Origin: Candidatus Harpocratesius repetitus
Lineage (GTDB): Archaea; Asgardarchaeota; Lokiarchaeia; Sigyniarchaeales; Promethearchaeaceae
DNA: 32,000 bases
Assembly: GCA_021498095.1 (NCBI GenBank)
Contig: JAIZWK010000001.1
Location: 1,890,001 to 1,922,000 of the forward strand
Direction of reading: 5' to 3'
A program made the translations under genes and the position numbers. Under the pieces are notes generated by a model. The model was not told the DNA's origin and ran no database searches. It saw only the letters and a list, made by a program, of their open reading frames with translations. Below are positions 27,278-32,000 of the stretch, piece by piece (the stretch's first letter is position 1; each line of letters opens with the position of its first letter).

Positions 27278-28003
27278 ATGCAAATGATTCATATACTTGA
27301 ATTGCTATTTTCAGTGATTTCAACTATTCTTGTGTTTACTTTTTCATGGATTACTTATCGGATGAATAAATCTAAATGGTTGAATCGTTGTTTTGCACTT
27401 TATGGCTTATTTTTGGGAATTGGATTTATTTTTTATGGCATTTATCATTTAGCATTGCATTCTCCTTCCTTGATTATTATCGTTATGATTACCTCTCATA
27501 TTATGTATAATATTGGATTTTCTTTTCTTTTTATTTCTGTATTTGTAGTTCAATATATTAAGATTTCCAACATTCCATTAAAAATATGGGCATTAATTTT
27601 TGGATCTTGCTTTATTTCTTGCATTGTTTATGTAATATTTCCCCCAATATTAAATAAAATAAAATTTGAAGAATTGATTGTTGATACTATAACACCAGTT
27701 CCTGCATTTATTATAACGAATTTTTATAGAGTGTGTGTGATTTTTTATATTACAATTCGTTTTCATCAATTCATCAAAATATCTCCCAATTTTTCTGCAA
27801 AGAGAAAGTTTATGTATTTTAAATATGGAAATTTCTTTTTTATTGGCGGATTAGCTTTAAATTTTATTGGTGGAATATTAACATCGTTTTTTGAAATTGT
27901 TGGTTTGACGATGGTTGTGATTACATTTATTTATTACATTATTGGATTCAATCAAGATCAAAAAATTAAGCAGATTTCCCAAAGTCCATTATTAACAAAT
28001 TAA
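27278..28003 (+). CDS. Stand-alone ~7-TM membrane protein (HisKA_7TM-like)
   Basis: About seven hydrophobic segments by eye, K-S-K-W-L-N-R after TM1, no cytoplasmic output domain. Confidence 0.7.
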   Translation: MQMIHILELLFSVISTILVFTFSWITYRMNKSKWLNRCFALYGLFLGIGFIFYGIYHLALHSPSLIIIVMITSHIMYNIGFSFLFISVFVVQYIKISNIPLKIWALIFGSCFISCIVYVIFPPILNKIKFEELIVDTITPVPAFIITNFYRVCVIFYITIRFHQFIKISPNFSAKRKFMYFKYGNFFFIGGLALNFIGGILTSFFEIVGLTMVVITFIYYIIGFNQDQKIKQISQSPLLTN

Positions 28004-28069
28004 TGAATAAACTCGCTTTTTTTAAAAAAGAAAAGCAGAATAATGAAAACCAAAAAGAAAGAGTAAAGA

Positions 28070-29044
28070 TTATTTCCATGTATCATTAAATACTCTATAA
28101 AAATTACCAAATGCTATTTTCTCGAGATCTTGGCGGCTGTATCCATGTTCTAATAGATAATCATAAAATTTTGGCATCTTATCCACTGAATCAAGACATT
28201 TTGGTACATTTGTTCCATCATAATCGGTACCAATGCCCACTGTGCTTATATCCGTTAATTCTACAATATGATCGAGATGCTTTAATATAACATCAAAACC
28301 TATATTTGGGTCGGTATGTGAAAAATCTTTTGGCGATACTTTAGGATCAAGAAATGCTGTGCCCCAATTCAAACCAATCACACCGTGGTGTTCATGAATG
28401 GCAATAATCTGTTCATCAGTTAAGTTTCTGCCGATATTACATATTGATCTGGCATTTGAGTGAGATGCCATTACTGGTTTCTCGATAATTTCCATTACAT
28501 CCCAAAAAGATCGGTCATTTAGGTGAGATACATCAACTGTAATTCCCAACTTTTGAGCTTCACGGATAAAGTCACGTCCTTCAGCAGTTAACCCTCGATC
28601 AAGTTGAGGAGACCTAAAAAGAAAACCAGTTCCGAATTGATTCACATTTGCCCATGTAATTCCTGTAGAACGCAAACCTAAACGATAAGCTAAGCGTAAA
28701 GTCTTTAATTCTGAATCAAAACCTCCAGCACCTTCCGTATGTAAAATTGCCCCTATTGAATTTGATTTTTTAACTTTATCAAAATCATCAATTTGTTTTA
28801 TATGAATTAGGTGATTGTTTGGATTATCAATTTTTTGAAACCATTCGTCCATTCCAGATAAGATATGATAAGGTGCTGCTGCTGGATAGATGGCAAATAG
28901 AGCAAATCGGAGATTGTTGCGATACATTCTTGGATAATCGCATATTCCTTTTTTTGATTCAGTTGCAAATGTTCTCCATTGATGTTTCAAAGCCATAAAT
29001 GTATCAATATGACCTAAAATAGTCAGAGGATATGATTTTTCCAT
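28070..29044 (-). CDS. Membrane dipeptidase family (M19) peptidase
   Basis: HTEG, GLRSTGITW, NQFGTG, VDVSHL, ASHSNAR, RNLTDEQI, GIGTDYDG. Confidence 0.93.
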   Translation of the reverse strand: MEKSYPLTILGHIDTFMALKHQWRTFATESKKGICDYPRMYRNNLRFALFAIYPAAAPYHILSGMDEWFQKIDNPNNHLIHIKQIDDFDKVKKSNSIGAILHTEGAGGFDSELKTLRLAYRLGLRSTGITWANVNQFGTGFLFRSPQLDRGLTAEGRDFIREAQKLGITVDVSHLNDRSFWDVMEIIEKPVMASHSNARSICNIGRNLTDEQIIAIHEHHGVIGLNWGTAFLDPKVSPKDFSHTDPNIGFDVILKHLDHIVELTDISTVGIGTDYDGTNVPKCLDSVDKMPKFYDYLLEHGYSRQDLEKIAFGNFYRVFNDTWK

Positions 29045-29148
29045 AATTTTTTATCACTAGTTGATGAAAAAACGTATTACTCAAAAAGATTTTGATTAAT
29101 CATTATTAACTCTTGCATTCTTTGATTTATTTATTTTAATATTCTTTT

Positions 29149-30168
29149 TTATAATTTTTCTTTTATCCAGTGAAGAATTTTTGTTAATACGATCGTTTCT
29201 TGACCTCGTAAATAATGATCTCCCTCGTTAAGAATCAAAACATTTTCAGGAAGCAATTTCAAGCGCGCTTGAAGAGGTAAAAAATGTGCTTCATACAATA
29301 ATACATTATCATTACGGGCATGAACAATTCGGATTTTATCTTTGTATTTTTTCGAATTTTCAGAGGTAAAGAAAGCTTGTGGAGAAATAAGTGGATCAAA
29401 ACTCGTAATTTTTTTTACTTTAATTTGTGAGTTGATAAATAAGCGAATAACCCATGGTTCAGTGAAAATTTTATGGCTTTCGGGGGTATTTTGGAAAGTT
29501 TTCCATGAAAAATATGGTGAAAGAGCAATGACCATGCGAATTCTCTCATCTTTAAGCCCTTGTGTTAAAACTAATCCTCCGCCCATCGATGTACCGATTG
29601 CAGCTATACGATTATTATCTATTTCTGAAATATTGCAAACATAATCAACGATTCGTGAAAAGTCAGGAAAAATTCCTGTTGATTCAGTAATATACCAATC
29701 ATCAGAATGAAATGCAGGATAATTTTTGAGAGTCTCTCCATGACCTCGTGCATCAACTAGCAATACAGCATATCCTGCAGCAGCAAGCGGGGCTGCTAAA
29801 GAAAAGTTTCGTTCTTTTTTACCTAAAACTCCATGATGCATGATTATTACAGGAAGTTTTTCTTGTGATTTTCGAGCTGAATGTTTCAACATCAGTAATA
29901 ATCCAGATAAATGCACTTCATCAGTCATAGGAATTAGGATTTTCTCCGTTTTAATATTAAGGGCGTCCAAATCAACTAAATTTGCCCAGTCTCCATCCAT
30001 CATTGTAAAATAGTTCCATAAAAACAATCCAAAACTTGCTATACTGGAAAGGAAAACTATAGTTGCAAATAAACAAGTTATCCATTTTGCAAAAATAAGT
30101 GTTAGAATCCAAAACATCAAACTACAAAGTGTAGCAATTGCTACAAATCGCAATCTTTCGAAATACAT
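29149..30168 (-). CDS. Alpha/beta hydrolase with two N-terminal TM helices
   Basis: HHG, DARGHGET, nucleophile elbow GTSMGG, HARNDN, GDH. Confidence 0.88.
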   Translation of the reverse strand: MYFERLRFVAIATLCSLMFWILTLIFAKWITCLFATIVFLSSIASFGLFLWNYFTMMDGDWANLVDLDALNIKTEKILIPMTDEVHLSGLLLMLKHSARKSQEKLPVIIMHHGVLGKKERNFSLAAPLAAAGYAVLLVDARGHGETLKNYPAFHSDDWYITESTGIFPDFSRIVDYVCNISEIDNNRIAAIGTSMGGGLVLTQGLKDERIRMVIALSPYFSWKTFQNTPESHKIFTEPWVIRLFINSQIKVKKITSFDPLISPQAFFTSENSKKYKDKIRIVHARNDNVLLYEAHFLPLQARLKLLPENVLILNEGDHYLRGQETIVLTKILHWIKEKL

Positions 30169-30296
30169 TATTAATTCTCCATTTCTATTGATTATTATTT
30201 TTTATTTTATTACTTTTTACTGTTAGCTTTTCATTGCTAAAAATTGTTTATTGGTTTTCCTTATTTAATTTCCCTACTTTTTTCCATCAAAGTATT

Positions 30297-31298
30297 TTAT
30301 TTTGAGATTCGCAGTACTGCTGCACCAGAAAATCGACTATATTTTAAATCTTCTAAAGCTTCATTTGCTTCAAAAAGCGAATATTCATTAACTTCGGTCA
30401 AAATATGCGTTTTTTCAGCAAATTTCAAAAATTCTATTGCATCTTCACGAGTTGTATGAGCCACACTCCGCAAAGTTCGCTCGTAATAAATCTGATCATA
30501 TGAAAAGGATGGTATATCAGTTAAATGAACTGCGTTTATTGCAAGTGTTCCTCCTTTATCTACGCAATTTAATGCTCGTAATACAATCTCTCCAACAGGA
30601 GCGAAAGTTATTGCACTGTCAAGCATTTTTGGAGGTTGTTGATTTGGATTTCCCACCCATGTTGCACCCAATTCTCGAGCGTGTGATTGATGATTGGGAG
30701 ATCGTGTAAAAACATAGGTCTCACAATCCATTGCTTGAGCAATTTGTAATACGATGTGTGCAGAAGCACCAAACCCAAACAAACCGAGGCGCTGTCCAGG
30801 TTGAATGTCACTCAATTTATAAGATCGATATCCAATGATTCCGGCACATAAGAGTGGTGCAGCATGTAGATCAGAATATAATGAAGGAATTTGATATGCA
30901 TAAGCTTCGTTAACTGCGATATATTCGGCAAATCCTCCATCTGCAGTGCATCCTGTAAAAATTGCACTACTACATAGATTTTCTTTTCCAGTCTTGCAGT
31001 ATTTGCAATTAGAACAGCTAGAATTAAGCCATGCAACGCCAACACGACTTCCTATTGTATGCATTGTAACTTTGGGACCTATATCTTTCACTATTCCGAT
31101 AATTTCATGTCCTGGAATTCTGGGATAGGTTGTCATTGGTAAATCTCCTTCGACCACGTGTAAATCTGTATGACAAACACCGCAAGTTCGGATTTTTATT
31201 AAAATATCTTTAGGACCAATCATGGGTATTGGTATTTCTGTTTGTTTTAGCGGATGACTCTCAATTTTTCGAGGTTGATCGATCTTCATTATTTCCAT
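30297..31298 (-). CDS. adh: Zinc-dependent alcohol dehydrogenase (MDR family)
   Basis: CGVCHTDLH, PGHE, structural Zn CSNCKYC...ENLC, APLLCAG, GLFGFGASA. Confidence 0.95.
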   Translation of the reverse strand: MEIMKIDQPRKIESHPLKQTEIPIPMIGPKDILIKIRTCGVCHTDLHVVEGDLPMTTYPRIPGHEIIGIVKDIGPKVTMHTIGSRVGVAWLNSSCSNCKYCKTGKENLCSSAIFTGCTADGGFAEYIAVNEAYAYQIPSLYSDLHAAPLLCAGIIGYRSYKLSDIQPGQRLGLFGFGASAHIVLQIAQAMDCETYVFTRSPNHQSHARELGATWVGNPNQQPPKMLDSAITFAPVGEIVLRALNCVDKGGTLAINAVHLTDIPSFSYDQIYYERTLRSVAHTTREDAIEFLKFAEKTHILTEVNEYSLFEANEALEDLKYSRFSGAAVLRISK

Positions 31299-31353
31299 AA
31301 TGTTACACTCGTGAGAAAATTACATTTTATTCATTTTAAAAGATCCTTTTTTG

Positions 31354-31376
31354 GTTGTGCAATAATATTGCATAAC
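31354..31376. promoter_or_regulatory. Near-perfect 23-bp palindrome next to a TATA box in a divergent promoter
   Basis: GTTGTGCAATA-A-TATTGCATAAC (one mismatch), immediately followed by TTTATAAATA. Confidence 0.6.
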
Positions 31377-31427
31377 TTTATAAATATAGTTTCTATATAC
31401 TGCATAGAGTGTTATAAGTGAGAAGAT

Positions 31428-31796
31428 ATGATTGTAAAGCAAATTGATCTTCCTGAATTCAACATAATAATTCCACCAGAAGTGCTTGAATTTTTAAAAC
31501 AACGAGAAATTGTGCAAATTTATATCGATGTACGATTGGAAGAAGAACCTTGTATTCAAATTTATACACCTACAGTTCGATTGGAATCAATGAGTTCCAA
31601 ATCTGGCGAAAAATCCAAATCTTCTCAATATCCAGTAAAACAAGAGAAAAATGGTATAAATTTTAATTTTTCTCAAGATTTTGTCCAACGTTTTTCACTT
31701 AATTCAACTGTTGAATTAAGGCTGAAAGGATTTTTTCGAAAACGTGTTGATATTGGGAATATCGATCCTATTCTGATAAATGTATGTAAAGTATAA
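31428..31796 (+). CDS. Small HesB-like / CC-Se-motif-like protein
   Basis: Pattern IIIPPEVLEFLK...IYIDV...PCIQIYTPTVRL...KNGINFNF...ELRLKGFF resembles HesB-like folds. Single Cys in the motif. Confidence 0.5.
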   Translation: MIVKQIDLPEFNIIIPPEVLEFLKQREIVQIYIDVRLEEEPCIQIYTPTVRLESMSSKSGEKSKSSQYPVKQEKNGINFNFSQDFVQRFSLNSTVELRLKGFFRKRVDIGNIDPILINVCKV

Positions 31797-31867
31797 TCGT
31801 ATTTATAACAATTTATCTTCTCAAACTAAGAAAAAATTTAAACAACTCACTAAATGCTGTGATTATC

Positions 31868-32000
31868 ATGGCTAAATCAAAATATCAAAAAAATGCTAAA
31901 AAAAATCTAAATCGAAATAAAAGTAAGCAAAAACGCCCTGTTTACTATGATGAGAATATAAAAACCAAAAAAACACCAGCGATTGCTATTTTTATGCTAT
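31868..32000 (+). CDS. Partial ORF: Lys-rich N-terminus leading into a probable TM helix
   Basis: MAKSKYQKNAKKNLNRNKSKQKRPVYYDENIKTKKTPAIAIFML..., open to the window end. Confidence 0.55.
   Translation, partial: MAKSKYQKNAKKNLNRNKSKQKRPVYYDENIKTKKTPAIAIFML

Noticed and set aside
20661-28003. Integrated element with an att site at tRNA-Arg
   Set aside because: No second copy of the tRNA 3' end and no integrase were seen in the window. The 32-nt insert is fully explained as a BHB intron.
399-31128. Short ORFs in the track that lie antisense to, or in alternate frames within, long genes (e.g. 399-629, 708-935, 1355-1567, 4027-4215, 8678-8920, 18183-18473, 20571-20819, 29342-29644, 30437-31128)
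   Set aside because: They are shadow ORFs over well-supported genes or the tRNA, with no motifs or independent ribosome-binding sites.

Overview
This is an AT-rich (roughly 30% GC by eye) archaeal window, most consistent with an Asgard archaeon of the Lokiarchaeia type. Evidence: archaeal translation genes (aIF5B, S6e, L24e, the 5' end of L7Ae), a longin-like protein and a giant TrmB/coiled-coil protein. The taxonomy is an inference. From left to right: (1) a translation cluster infB-rps6e-rpl24e...rpl7ae interrupted by a three-gene cassette (corrinoid protein, MtaA/URO-D-fold protein with non-canonical metal ligands, PAS sensor with a CxxC...HxxCxxC tail), plus a candidate K-turn over the rpl7ae Shine-Dalgarno; (2) a 1050-aa TrmB-like protein whose two globular domains are separated by about 830 aa of 22-residue-periodic helix; (3) PiT/DUF47 phosphate transport genes behind a PAS hybrid histidine kinase; (4) a nonsense-interrupted IS4-superfamily transposase between that kinase and a divergent ODP di-iron protein/small protein/longin operon; (5) a PAP2 phosphatase, a nucleoside phosphorylase and a coiled-coil wHTH protein; (6) tRNA-Arg(UCG) with a 32-nt bulge-helix-bulge intron at the non-canonical T-loop position 59/60; (7) an accessory stretch with an AAA+/DUF4143 ATPase preceded by three 33-bp repeats, a GNAT, a secreted clostripain-like protease with a divergent regulator, a 7TM protein, an M19 dipeptidase, an alpha/beta hydrolase, a Zn-ADH and a HesB-like protein. 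All family calls come from motif recognition by eye; no searches were run.
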